From NCBI GenBank assembly GCA_964016885.1, contig OZ024742.1, positions 260,524,001 through 260,588,000 on the forward strand: 64,000 nucleotides of DNA. Direction: 5' to 3'. Below are positions 28,401-43,700 of the stretch, piece by piece. Position numbers and translations under genes: made by a program. The notes under the pieces are model-generated. The model searched no databases. It saw only the letters and a program-made list of their open reading frames with translations, and was not told the origin of the DNA. This DNA comes from Eledone cirrhosa. Its lineage: Eukaryota. Position 1 is the stretch's first letter. Each line of letters opens with the position of its first letter.

Positions 28401-30346
28401 CAATAAAGTGGTTGCCATTAGGAGGGACATCCAACTGTAAAAACCATGCCAAATATGGAATGTAATGAGCAAAATTGGTCATTCCAAACCATCTGGTCTT
28501 GGACCATAACAACCTGTCCAACCTATGCCATTATGGAAAGAGGATATAAAATGAAGATGATGAGTTAAGGTTGTTAAAGATCTCAATTATGTCTTAAATG
28601 TCATTCCATTGCTAAACATAACAATCCAACACATTGTGACAAATATAGTAATATTATAAATAACAGTGGTCTGAAAATATCTCTTTGGGGGCATACCCAA
28701 TGTTATCTACATTATTTTGTGATCGTAGCATGATTGAATGGTCCCAGGTTTCATTTGAGTGCATAAGAGGGATCAGATGCTGTTTACTTGAAAGAAGATT
28801 ACGTTGGTAAGGTGATGTGTATAAAAAAGTGCAGGGCAATCAAAATTGAGGGAAGTTTCGGAGTAGGTAGACCCAGAAAAATCTGGGACAACATGATAAA
28901 ATCCAACCTTGCACACTTACACCTCTCTAAGACAATGTCACTGGATTGAGATCTTTGGCGCCACACAGTAATACAGAAGACCCACCTTCCCTATGTACAA
29001 AGTTAACCTACAGTCAGTAGGCACCTCCTAACCAAATATACACCTCAACCCACTACCCCTACTCTATCCTCCCACCAACACCACCCTTTCTCTGTAAAGT
29101 TATGTTGGTACCACAACATCCAGTCAAAACTAATGAGGTCCTGTAGGTGTCATGACAAAAAAACACACACAGTCCACACTGTAAAGTGGTCGTGTAGGAG
29201 ACACAGTAAAAAGGCTCCCAGTGCACACTGTAAATGTGGTTGGTGTTAGGCAGGGCATCCAGCCGTAGAAAACCTGCCAGATACAGTCCTATATGAGCAA
29301 GACACGGTCACCCAATCAATCTTGCCTTAAGTGGGACAATTCCTTGTCTAATCCATGCTAGCGTGGAAGATAGGCGTTAAATGATGATGATGATATCTTG
29401 GACAAATGCTCATTTACCATAGCCTTGGGTCAACGCAAGCCTTGTGAGTGAAATTGGATAGAGGCAACATTGTCACACACACTCATGTTGAATCTCTCAC
29501 TGAAAAATTACATTAACTGTACACATGTCTGTGGAATGCTCATCCTCTTGCTTGTTAATTTCATGAACAGGCTGAATTGTTGATTGAATAACTGGAACAT
29601 TCATTGTTTAAACTGACAGAGGTCCATTTCATTCCATTTTATCTCATTTAATGGTCTGAACATTTACAGCCTTCTATCATCATTATCATCATTATTTTAC
29701 ATCCATTTTCCATACTAGCATGGGTTGGACGGGTTGTCATCATCTGAGACTAGACTGGTTGGCGAACCACTTCTGGCTCAGATTCCATATTTGGCATAGT
29801 TTCTTCATGACCTACCTAAAGCAACCAATTTATAGAGTGAACTTGGTGCATTTAATTGTAACACTAGCACAACCACTTTACAGAGTGGACAAGGGGCATT
29901 TTATGTAGAGCAGTGGGCCTCATGAGATATTACTGAATAGGTCAATAGAGACAAAGTCAGTACTTAATGAAGCTATTGTCATCCTTGTCCAATAGATTCT
30001 CTTCTTGCAGATTTTCTGCCACAGAATGCACTTTCTAACAGCAGCCATTTAACAGTGATATATATGTATGTATGTGTGTTGATAATGCTGGTGCTATGAC
30101 AAAAAACACACAGTTCACCCTGTAAAGTGGTAGTGGCAGTGCTACATGAAAAGCATATGCTATAGTGTGGTTGGCATTAGAAAAAACATCTAGCCATAGA
30201 AAACCAAGCCCAAAACAGATCAGTATGAGCAAGATATGGACACTTGACATGGCTAGCCTCATAATGAGAAAACCCATCTAACCCACACAAGTATAAAAAT
30301 TGACATTAAATGGTTATGATGATAATTAAATATATAGATATATGTA

Positions 30347-30377
<31 letters not shown>

Positions 30378-33300
30378 GTAGTTATAGATGAAATACAAAA
30401 CTATGATTAATAACTCCAAACTGTGGTTGAGTAGAATATTATAAATTCAAAGGTAAGTAAAGGTGGGTATTTGTGAGAAACTTAGGAATATAACTCAGGA
30501 AGACTCAGATTTGTGTGTGTGTGTGTTTGGATATATATATATAAACAAGAGGTATAAGTCTACATCTTGTTTATAGATTTACTCTGGAGTTAACAGACCC
30601 TCTTATGGACTTCGTTGAGTGCTCCACCTTGCATACTGAAGTGTTGGTGTTAAACTAACACAATCTGATTAATAATTATATATAGATATATATATGAAAT
30701 GAAGGTTATTAGTATTTATCATTAGATGAGATAACACGAATAGCTGGTTTACTTTTGATATAAAAGATTTACTTCACTTCACTTCATAAATGAACAAAGA
30801 ACAGGTTATTAAGAATGATAATGGTTGAAGGTGTTTTTGATGTTGCCTCATGATGCTGGTGTAGTCTGAGACCAGGAGAAAGAGAGTAAAGGTATGTAGT
30901 TGTCTGTATATCCCAGTGGCCTGTGGTTATAGGTAAATGTTTTACATAGCTATTCTCTAGCGTACTGATCCGATCTCTCTGTGTTAGAAGTGGGATGATA
31001 CAGGCTTTTTATACCTGTCGTTTTCTGTTTCCTGCTTCAAGGGATCGCCCATGCATGAACTTGTTTACGCCGAAAAGGAGGTGACCCAGAATTTGGCCTT
31101 TCTGTGTCACCCAGGGTTCAAGGCATGGTCAGATTTCGCTACATGTATACTTAAGAAAATACTATATATTTTCAACCGTTCAACACATTCGCAGAGAGGT
31201 ATACAGTCCTGATGAAGGGTAATGATCCAGAAACATGTTGATTGTTCCTCAAAGCCAGTGTTGAATAAACACATGACGACTGGTCACCAGCATGGCACTG
31301 TTTCTAATCGTGATCGTTTGTTTACAAACGAATCAAACATTATTATTAATGTTCGATATAACCCATACGAAACATATGTATATATGTACGTATGCATATT
31401 TACTTTTATGTATCAGCTGTGCTAGAGCAAGAAATAAATTTCTTATTTTATTTTTAATATTCGGCAAAGCCAGCTGCAACTAGCTCGGTATACAAATGAG
31501 ACTACTCAGCCGATGTATACTTAAGAAAATACTAAATATCTTCAACCGTTCAACACATTGGCAGAGAGGTATACAGTACTGATGAAGAGTAATGACCTAG
31601 ATACATGTTGATTGTTCCACAAAGCCAGTGTTGAACAAACAGGTGACAACTGGTCATTGGCATGGCACAGCTTGTAATGGGACTCGTTTGTTTACAAACG
31701 AATCAAACATTAATAATAATGTTCGATATAACCCATATGTATATGTGTGTGTATATATATCATCATCATCATCATTTCATTTTACGTCCGCTTTTTCCCT
31801 GCTTGCAAGGGTGAGACGGGAACTGATTCTGGCTTGATTTCTACGGCTGGATGCCCTTCTTAACACCAATCTCATTTACAGTGAGTGCTGGGTGCTTTTT
31901 TGCAGTGGAATGATATGGCCCCCAGTCCCTATCATCTCATTTCTACAGCTGAGTAAACTGGTGCAATGTGAAATAAAGTGTCTTGCTCAAGGAAACAACA
32001 CATCAGCCGGTCTGAGAATTGAACTCACAACCTTTCGATTGCAAGCCCAATGATATATACACACATATGTATACATATATATATATATGTGTATGTACAT
32101 ATGCATACTTACTTTTATGTATCAGCTGTGCTAAAGCGAGAAATACAATTCTTATTTTATTTATATATATGGTGTTAGGAAGGGCATCCAGCTGTAGAAA
32201 ACCCGCCAGACAGTCCTATGCGAGCAAGCCAATCACTCTTGCCTCAAGTGGGAAAACCCCCGTCCAAACCCATGCAAGCGTGGAACACGGACGTTAAACG
32301 TTGATGATGATGTAATGTATTGGTGTGTAATGTTTAGTTCCTATTGGTTCACAGTTTGAGCACTCAATGCTAAGATCAGAAGTCTCCCCCCCCTATTGGG
32401 GAATTTTTCCTTGTTTCTTTCTTTTGTTACATCCTCTGTTTTTGTTTTTTACATGCAGAAATGCCCATTTGTACCGTCCTGTATTGTCCTGTGCTGTCCT
32501 TAATGTCCTTTGTGTCAACCCTTGTGGTTAATAAAGAAAGCATTTAGTATCATTATAAGTTGAAGAGCGGTGGATTGGCAGTATCAGTAGGTCGGATGCC
32601 ATGCTTTTCAACATAGTTACGTCCCTTTACAGACAGTCCAAATCCTGCCAAGGTTAACTTTGCCTTTCATCCTTGTAGGGTCAATAAAATAAAGTGCCAG
32701 TAATGCACTGGGTAATTGCTGACCTTGTGCCAAAAGTAGAAACAATTATTATTATTTTTTTTTTTTTAAGGGAGAACAGTTAGAAAGCTAGAAGAGGCCA
32801 TTAGAGAAAGCATCGCAGCTGATGTGTTTACAGCAAGATTTGTGCTCGACAAATTCTTCAATGTGAAGCATGAAGGCTGTGTTGTCAGAGCTTAGCTGCG
32901 TGCTCTTAGACACGAGGGGATGAAAGCAGTTCAATGGGCCCGTGTGGCAACAGTCACAATTCAGTCTTTGGCAGATGCCAACATGTGCACGATAATCAAT
33001 CCCAAGCAGATATGCGTGATTTTTCAGCGACACTTTGCACAAGTGTTCGGAAGTGGTGATGGGTCAGATCGAGGGATGGATTTCAGTTCCTACCTTGATG
33101 GCTTGCCATGGCTTTTGGCGAAGGAGGTGGAGTTTTGCATAAAACCAATAACAGCCGGTGGAATATGGGATGTGATGGGTAACTACACGAGAGGCAAATT
33201 GCCTGGATTGGATGGTCTTCCCTATGAGCTTTATGCCAGATTTGTTTGGTGATATCTTAATGGATCTTTATGCTAACTTGCAGCAGAATGGGTCAATTCC

Positions 33301-34723
33301 CAGCTCTATGAACCGAGGAGCCATGGCATTGCTGAAAAGGGAACAATATAGATAATTTCAGGCCCATAACTCTGCTAAACGCAGAGTTTAAGATTTTGGC
33401 CAAGGTGTTAGCGATGAGGTTGATGCTTGTTGTTGGTTTTCTGGTAGGTGAAGGACAAGCATGTGCCATTCTGGATATATCCATTCATTACAACCTCCGC
33501 CTTATGTGATACATCATAGAGAGGGTGGTTAAGGAACCTGGCATGTGTGGATCCCTGCTCAACTTAGATCAGTCAAAAGCTTTGATAGGGTCGATCATCG
33601 GTACCTAGTGGCAGTCCTTAAGGCAGTGAGCTTTGGGCCTGTATTCAGAAGATTGGATTGCTGCAATGCACAGCAACAGCTATTCAGTGGTTAAAGTGAA
33701 CGGCTTCTTCTCAGAACATTTCAATATCATGTGCTCGGTTCACCAAGGTTGTTGTCTTTCATCCCTTTTGTATGTATAGATTCTCGAGCCACTACTGCAC
33801 AAATTAGAGACATTGAAGGACATCCCACACGAACTAGGACATGGGAGATCTGTGTCAGCTTATGTCGATGATGTCACCATAGTGGTGTCAAGCAGCAAGC
33901 ATATTGAGTTGATCAGCATTGCTCTTGAGAAATACAAAGCAACAACAGGAGCAAAAATTAACCAAGAAAAGTCAGTGGACCTCCAACAACGTCGTCGGGC
34001 ACTGGGCAGAGGGACTGGTTAAATTGCTTGGGGTCTGGTTTAGTTCAGACCTCTAAATGGACAAAAACTGGGACAAGGTAATGAACAGGGTGGCTACTCT
34101 CACCCAGAAATGGGCCAAGAGGAAGCTATTTCTGAAAGGTCTGGTCGAGGTGGTGAACACATACATTGCATCCATCATCTACTACTGACTGACCGTTGTG
34201 CCTTGTCCTGATTCACATCTGACCACACTGGAACATTTGCTCTTTTGCTTTTTGTGAAAGAGATGCATCCAATGGTTAGGCGGTCCATTTTCTGCCAACA
34301 CCTGCTAAGTGGAGGACTGGGCGTGCAATGGCTGATGATACACTCAGGCTATGTCATCTTCAGCTCAATCTCGATGGTGAACAGTTGTGGTTAGCATTTT
34401 CTAGCTGCAGTTTCCACAGTTCATCTTGACAAAGATGTAGTTCTGGGTCAAGTGAAGACAGAATGAGCGCTTGGAAATATGAATGTTTCCAATTGCTCAC
34501 AGCACTCAGCCATTGGCAGTATCGGTAGAATGTCAGATACCGTGCTTTGCAGCACAGTTACAGTCCTTTAAGTTCTGAGTTCAAATCCTGCCAAGGTTAG
34601 CTTTGCCTTTCATCCTTACGTGGTCGATAAAATAAAGTACCAGTCATGTACTGGGTTGATTTGATCAACTTTCCCTTCCCACCCCAAATTTGTTGGCTTG
34701 TGCCTAAATCAGAAACTATTATT

Positions 34724-34754
<31 letters not shown>

Positions 34755-37700
34755 GAATCAGCAAGTGGCAAGAGACCTCTAAATCAATGTGTGTGTGTAT
34801 ATATCTAACATAATATATATCTTTTACTCTAGCACCTATTCCAGCCGACAGGCTAAGGCCATGCTATATATATATATATATATTTATATAGTTCAAGGTT
34901 AAAAAAGATAAACACAAAGAAGAATTACAGAAAGTCTTAGTTTCAGGCTTTATAGAATAAGAAAAAGTATGTATCAAAGTATCAGATGTTAGTCCTTCAT
35001 CAGATAAAAGTAAATTGAGACTGAGGAAGTTGGAAGATTAGAAAAAGAAAAAAGAGCTATGTGTGTGGGTATATATACATATATATTCAGAGAGAGAAAA
35101 AGAGAAATTCAATGAGCTTCTATATAGTTTGATCTAGTAATTTCACTCACGAGGAATTGGTCAGGCTGTGTACATTCATATACTTGTTATTTTTGTTAAT
35201 TATACATTTTCTTTTCTGTTTCATCACCAGGTCCTCCTGAACGTCCCCAAGGTGTGACAGGCTATAAATTACCAAAGCAAAAGGAAAGTCTCAGCCTCGG
35301 TTGGTTTGATGGTATTGATAATGATGCACCAATCACTTACTATATTATAGAATACAAAACTAAGTTCAACAACACCTGGGAACTGTTTAGTTCAGGTTAG
35401 TAAAATATCTTATTACATTATTACAAAATGAAAGGCAGACTGTATGATGCGTGTATCCGAACAGCGATGTTGCATGGTAGTGAGACCTGGGCGCTGAAGG
35501 TGGAAGACTTACGTAGATTAGAGAGAAACGAAGCCTGCATGCTCCGATGGATGTGTAATAGTAATATACGTGAACGACAAAGCATAAATGAATTGAGAGA
35601 GAGACTGAGCATAAGAGGAATCAAATGCTGTGTGCAGGAGAGGCGGTTGTGTTGGTATGGACATGTGATGCGTATGAAGGATGACAGCTGCATAAAAAGG
35701 TGCAGAGCACTAGAAGTCGATGGAAACCGCGGAGTGGGGAGACTCAAGATGACCTGGGATGAGGTGATAAAAGCCGACCTTACCCAATTACACCTCTCAA
35801 AGGCGATGACACACGACCGTGACCTCTGGCGTCACGCAGTAATACAGAGTACCCGACCTCCCATGGGTACAAGCTGAAGCATATAGACAATATGCCCCCA
35901 CACCCCCCACTGCAAGGTGGTCGTGGAGGTGCCACGGCAAAAAAGCACCCAGCACTCACTGTAAATGAGGTTGGTGTTAGGAAGGGCATCCAGCTGTAGA
36001 AATCAAGCCAAATCAGTTCCTGTATGAGCAGGGCATGGTCAGCCGACCAGACACTGCCCACAACAGGACAACCCGTCTAACCCATGCTAGCGTGGAAGAA
36101 CGGACGTAAAACGCTGATGATGATGATGATGATTATCTGCTTATAAATAGGTACCATGGAGAGGTGCAGTTTGTTTATCTGGGGGTAAATGGAGTTAGTC
36201 GTGAAGGTCTGTCTTAGTGGTTAGTGTGTTGAACTCCAAATCATAAGTCTGATGGTTTGATTCCTGGGTTGGGTGGTGTGTTGTGTTCTTGAGCAAGATG
36301 CTTCATTTTACATTGTTTTTCATGACAGGACTAAGGCTCTTATCATTAAATCACCCAAGAAACCTCCTTTGAGTTACCTCATTCATAGGAGGCAGCTAAA
36401 AACCTACATAGGTTTGAGCTGTAACAACAACATGATAGGACTGATAGCCCCTATCGTTAACACAACTAAGAAACCTCCTATAAAATACCCCATAGGAAGC
36501 CAGCTAAACCTATATATGTGTGAGTTGTAACAACATAATAGGACTGGGTCTCTTATTAACACATCTGAAGAACTTGTTAGTTCTATGTGGAAGTACAGTC
36601 CACCTGGGATCATGGGGAAGTACTGGTCTCCTTGAAAAACAAATTGTAATTTTTTTTTTTTCCCCAGAAATTTCTAAACGTTTGATTGAAGTAGATACAC
36701 AAAACAGTCAACTGAAAACCATTATTCATGGGTTGATCCCTGCAACCAGCTATCAGTTTCGTATGGCTGCCATAAACAAATATGGCACAGGAGAGAGCAG
36801 TCTTCCTACAAGTAAGTCTATAAGTCTTATTTACAGAGTTTAGTGGATGTAATTTATTGTGGCAACAACTCTACCATTTTACAGAGTGTACTGGATGCAT
36901 TTTATCATGACTCCAACAATATATAGGGTGTACTGAGTGTGTTTAATTGTGACACCAGTACTATTATTTTACAGAGTGTACTGGGTGTATTATATTGTGG
37001 AACCAGCTACCAGCTTAGAGTATAATAAGTAAATTTTATTGTGGCACCAGCTCTACCACTTCATAGAGTGTACTTTACATTGTGTATTGGGTGCACTATA
37101 CAGTGTACTGGGTACATGTTATTGTGTCTCCATTGCTACCACTTTACACAGTGTACTAGGTGTATTTTATTATGGCAGGAGCACAATCACTTTACAGAGT
37201 GTAGTGGGTGATTTTATAATTGCACCAGCACTACCATTTTACAGAGTGTATTGGGTGCATTTTATTGTGGTACCACTTTACGGTGTGTATTAGGTGCATT
37301 TTAATGTAGCACCGACAATACCATTTTATTGTAGCACCAACAATACCACTTTATAATGTGTATTGAGTGCATTTTATTGTGACACCACCACTACCACTTT
37401 ACTGTGTGTATTTTGTATATTTTAACATGGCACCTGCACTACCACTTTACAGAGTATACTGGGTATAGTTTAGCATGACAATAACACAACCATTTTACAA
37501 AATGTTCTGGGTGCATTTTGTTGTAGCACCAGCAATACCACTTTTCAGAGTACTTCAAAGCAAACCCCTAACACTGTATTTATTTATCATCATTCTTGAT
37601 TCTGCATTGTGTTGCTATTGATAATTTTGATAGATATAACCTTCAAAAGCTTAGAAGCACAAGGTATCTACCTCAACCCTTAGCAGATATGGAATTTGCT

Positions 37701-40700
37701 GATGACATTGTTTTATGTACAGATTCACTAAGTAATGCAGAGGATCTTTTACACAAGTTAGAAGTGTCTACTCAAGCTATGGGACTCTTCTTAAATGCCA
37801 ACAAAACTAAATACATGACCATCAAGCAACAAACATCAAATCGTTAAACAATACTTGAAAAAGAAGATAATTTCAAATACCTTGGCGCATACATCATAGC
37901 ACAAGCATGATCTGCTATGAACCCACTAGATAAGGTGTGAAAATCTAACATAAACACAAAAACAAAAGTTAGGTTATTCAAAGCTACAGTGGAATCAATC
38001 TTACTGATTTCCTGTGAGTCATGGTTAGTGACAATACCTATCACCAAAGCTTTAGATGGTTGCTACACACAAATGTTAAGAAGGATAAAACACATTAATC
38101 CTTTCAATATTGTTACAACTTACTGCCTATTAGCTATATCATCCATATCAGGTGTCTCCAACTTGCAGATCATGTCATGAGAAGCAATGAACCTGCTACA
38201 AAACTTTTTACTATGGGAGCACACTGTGAAATGCAAATGCAGAAGACCTCTCAAGACATTAAAAAGAGTTGTTGAGGAAGATACAGGATTGTCTGGTGAA
38301 GAACTGGGGCAGTTAATGTTGGATCATTTGAGAGGGAAAGGTTTTATCATGTCACCACAAAAAAGTGGATAAATTTAGTAGTAGTAGTAGTAGTAGTAAT
38401 ATTAGTACTGGATATATTTCATTTCATTATTATTGTGGATTGGCAGTATTGGTAGAGGGTTGGACGTCATGCTTTGACGCATAGTTACGGCCCTTTCCAT
38501 TCTGAGTTCAAATCCCGCCGAGGTTAACTTTGCCTTTCATCCTTACGGAGTCGATAAAATAAAGTACCAGTAATGTACTGGGTAATTGCTGGCCTTGTGC
38601 CAAAAGTAGAAACAATTATTATTATTTTCTCTAGTAATGGCACATTCTGTAAAGTGGTTGAAGTCAAACGAGAGTACAGAAAACTCTAGTTTTTTTCATG
38701 GACATGACTCCCTCTCTGGGGATTGTCCATAATAAAATGCAACCAGTACACTCTGCAATGTGGTTAATATTACAGTGTGTACTGATGATGGTGAGAAATT
38801 ATTATAGATTTCAGTTAATCATATAAATATGTATAAAATTCTGATCCTTTAAGATTCAGTAATGTACTCCTCAGAGGATCTGTATGCCCAAGGTGGCTGC
38901 CTAGTTGGCCTTAATTGCAGTACCAGCTCTGTCAATATCATCTCTCTCTCTCTCCCCCCTCTCTCTCTTTCATTATAGTAAGTCTCTGTCTATTCTAGGT
39001 TGGATTAAAATAGGCTCTGACAAACCCAGAAAAGCCCCTGGAGAGGTGGGTGGTGGTGGAGGTAAAGTGAGTACGCTGGTCATAACCTGGAAGGTAAGAA
39101 ATTAACCCTTCTACCTATTGTTGTTACTTCTCCCAGATATGTTACACCACTTCTATCTATTGTTGTTGTTACTCTTCCTAGATATGTCATACCATTTCTT
39201 CTTATTGTTGTTCTTACCTGTAGGTGTAAGTTACACCCCTTTCTATGAAAATACCTCATGAAAACCCAGAATGTGTCTTATCTACTGGACCTACAAAATT
39301 CCAGTTCAAAATAAATGGTTCATTGTAAATGTTGTATGTAAAATGGTGTGACTTATCTACAGGACCAACAAAATTTCAGTTTAAAATATATGGTACATTG
39401 TAAAATTTGTAATATGGAGGTGTGACTGATACACAAATATATATATGGTTGGTGATATATTTTGCAGCCACTTTTACATCAGGATCAAAATGGCAAGAAG
39501 TTTGGTTACCAGGTGTTTTGGAGGAAGAAACGAGACGCAAATAAACCAGAACACACCTGGTCAGCTGTAAGTAGTACAACTGGTGTTGTTAACCTTTCTT
39601 ATACCAACATGCCTTTAGTTCTACAATACAAAGCTGTTTATTGTAAAGTGTTTATTGTAATTTTATGTAAGAACCTTTCTTACGTTGTATTCCAAACACC
39701 AGTTTAAAAGTATTTAACTAAAGACCTTTCTAAAAACCTTCCATCATAAATTTAAAATAAAAAAGACATGTTGTCACTCCCAAGTATGTCGCACCACTTT
39801 CCATGAAAATCCAGCACGTGAAATCCTTCCGAATTCTTTATTCTTTTCAAAATAATTTGAAGATCATAGGCAATATTTTATTATTAGAAATATGGTACCA
39901 ACAGGTTTAAATGGTTCCTAAATACAATGTTATCTTAATATCCCAGATCAGATCAGATCAATTATCTATATATTGTCAATATTATTTTTCTTGGTGATGG
40001 ATTGGCAGTATCGGTAGAGTGTCGAACAACATGCTTCATGGCATAGAGTTGCAACCCTTTGTTTTGAGTTCAAATCTCGCTGAGGTTAGCTTTGCTTTTC
40101 ATCCTACAGGGTCGATAAAATAAAGCACTAGTAATGCACTGGAGTCAATTTAATCGACTTTCTTCTCCCCTTCAAATTGCTGGCCTAAAGTAGAAACAGT
40201 TATTTTTCTTGGTGACCCTTTACAGCAGGTTCATTTCACTTGGATTTTTTGGTACGTTTTCACCCAATGATCATCATCCCCCTGCATCACATGTCCATAC
40301 CAATACAGTCTCCTCTCCTGTACATTTCATCTGATTCCTCTTTTATCCAATTTTTTCTCAGCTCATCCATGCTTTGTCATTTATGTGCATTAACATTACA
40401 CATCCATCAGAGCATGCTCACATTAAATTTATATTTTAACTCTTCCAGTGGAATGTATCTGGAAGTATAACAAAGGTGGTTGTCCAGATTGATTCCAATA
40501 ATTATTACACTGAATATGAAGTCCAGGTACAAGCTAAGAATGAGATTGGTCTAGGCCCTCGATCAACAATAGTCACAATATTTTCCGCTGAAGATTGTGA
40601 GTATATTTTTAAGAAGTTCTCTTTACAACTACATGTGACCACACACATCCTTATCCCTCATACTGACCTTCACATCACAATCACTTGGATCCCCTCTTGC

Positions 40701-43700
40701 CCTGCCCACTGACCTTCACATCACAAACACATGGGAACCCCTCTTGCCCTGCCCACTAACCTTCACATCACAATCACTTGGATCCCCTCTTGCCCTGCCC
40801 ACTAACCTTCACATCACAATCACATGGGAACCCCTCTTGCCCTGCCCACTGACCTTCACATCACAATCACTTGGATCCCCTCTTGCCCTGCCCACTAACC
40901 TTCACATCACAATCACATGGGAATCCCTCTTGCCCTGCCCACTGACCTTCACATCACAATCACTTGGATCCCCTCTTGCCCTGCCCACTGACCTTCACAT
41001 CACAATCACATGGGAATCCCTCTTGCCCTGCCCACTGACCTTCACATCACAAACACATAGGAACCCCTCTTGCCCTGCCCACTGACCTTCACATCACAAA
41101 CACATGGGAACCCCTCTTGCCCTGCCCACTGACCTTCACATCACAAACACATGGGAACCCCTCTTGCCCTGCCCACTGACCTTCACATCACAAACACATG
41201 GGAACCCCTCTTGCCCTGCCCACTGACCTTCACATCACAAACACATAGGAACCCCTCTTGCCCTGCCCACTGACCTTCACATCACAATCACATGGGAACC
41301 CCTCTTGCCCTGCCCACTGACCTTCACATCACAAACACATGGGAATCCCTCTTGCCCTGCCCACTAACCTTCACATCACAATCACATGGGAACCCCTCTT
41401 GCCCTGCCCACTAACCTTCACATCACAATCACATGGGAATCCCTCTTGCCTTGCGTACTAACCTTCACATCACAATCACATGGGAACCCCTCTTGCCCTG
41501 CCCACTGACCTTCACATCACAATCACATGGGAACCCCTCTTGCTCTGCCCACTAACCTTCACATCACAATCACATGGGAATCCCTCTTGCCCTGCCCACT
41601 AACCTTCACATCACAATCACATGGGAACCCCTCTTGCCCTGCCCACTAACCTTCACATCACAATCACATGGGAATCCCTCTTGCCTTGCGTACTAACCTT
41701 CACATCACAATCACATGGGAACCCCTCTTACCCTGCCCACTGACCTTCACATCACAATCACATGGGAACCCCTCTTGCCCTGCTCACTAACCTTCACATC
41801 ACAATCACATGGGAACCCCTCTTGCCCTGCTCACTAACCTTCACATCACAATCACATGGGAACCCCTCTTGCCCTGCCCACTGACCTTCACATCACAAAC
41901 ACATGGGAACCCCTCTTGCCCTGCCCACTGACCTTCACATCACAATCACATGGGAACCCCTCTTACCCTGCCCACTGACCTTCACATCACAATCACATGG
42001 GAACCCCTCTTGCCCTGCCCACTAACCTTCACATCACAATCACTTGGATCCCCTCTTGCCCTGCCCACTAACCTTCACATCACAATCACATGGGTACCCC
42101 TCTTACCCTGCCCACTGACCTTCACATCACAATCACATGGGAACCCCTCTTACCCTGCCCACTGACCTTCACATCACAATCACATGGGAACCCCTCTTAC
42201 CCTGCCCACTAACCTTCACATCACAATCACATGGGAACCCCTCTTACCCTGCCCACTGACCTTCACATCACAATCACATGGGAACCCCTCTTGCCCTGCC
42301 CACTGACCTTCACATCACAATCACATGGGAACCCCTCTTGCCCTGCTCACTAACCTTCACATCACAATCACATGGGAACCCCTCTTGCCCTGCCCACTAA
42401 CCTTCACATCACAATCACATGGGAACCCCTCTTGCCCTGCCCACTAACCTTCACATCACAATCACATGGGAACCCCTCTTGCCCTGCCCACTGACCTTCA
42501 CATCACAATCACATGGGAACCCCTCTTGCCCTGCCCACTAACCTTCACATCACAATCACTTGGATCCCCTCTTGCCCTGCCCACTAACCTTCACATCACA
42601 ATCACATGGGAACCCCTCTTACCCTGCCCACTAACCTTCACATCACAATCACATGGGAACCCCTCTTGCCCTGCCCACTAACCTTCACATCACAATCACA
42701 TGGGAACCCCTCTTGCCCTGCCCACTAACCTTTACATCACAATCACTTGGGAACCCCTCTTGCCCTGCCCACTAACCTTCACATCACAATCACATGGGAA
42801 CCCCTCTTGCCCTGCCCACTAACCTTCACATCACAATCACATGGGAACCCCTCTTGCCCTGCCCACTAACCTTCACATCACAATCACTTGGGAACCCCTC
42901 TTGCCCTGCCCACTAACCTTCACATCACAATCACTTGGATCCCCTCTTGCCCTGCCCACTAACCTTCACATCACAATCACATGGGAACCCCTCTTGCCCT
43001 GCCCACTAACCTTCACATCACAATCACATGGGAACCCCTCTTGCCCTGCCCACTAACCTTCACATCACAATCACATGGGAACCCCTCTTGCCCTGCCCAC
43101 TAACCTTCACATCACAATCACTTGGGAACCCCTCTTGCCCTGCCCACTAACCTTCACATCACAATCACATGGGAACCCCTCTTGCCCTGCCCACTAACCT
43201 TCACATCACAATCACATGGGAACCCCTCTTGCCCTGCCCACTAACCTTTACATCACAATCACTTGGGAACCCCTCTTGCCCTGCCCACTAACCTTTACAT
43301 CACAATCACTTGGATCCCCTCTTGCCCTGCCCACTAACCTTCACATCACAATCACATGGGAACCCCTCTTGCCCTGCCCACTAACCTTCACATCACAATC
43401 ACTTGGGAACCCCTCTTGCCCTGCCCACTAACCTTCATTTCACAATCACATGGGAACCCCTCTTGCCCTGCCCACTAACCTTTACATCACAATCACTTGG
43501 ATCCCCTCTTGCCCTGCCCACTAACCTTCACATCACAATCACATGGGATCCCCTCTTGCCCTGCCCACTAACCTTCACATCACAATCACATGGGAACCCC
43601 TCTTGCCTTGCCCACTAACCTTCACATCACAATCACTTGGGAACCCCTCTTGCCCTGCCCACTAACCTTCACATCACAATCACTTGGATCCCCTCTTGCC

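Noticed and set aside
34930-35010. Minus-strand CTGATGAAGG hammerhead-like start
   Set aside because: No properly spaced GAAA box or stems; too decayed to call.
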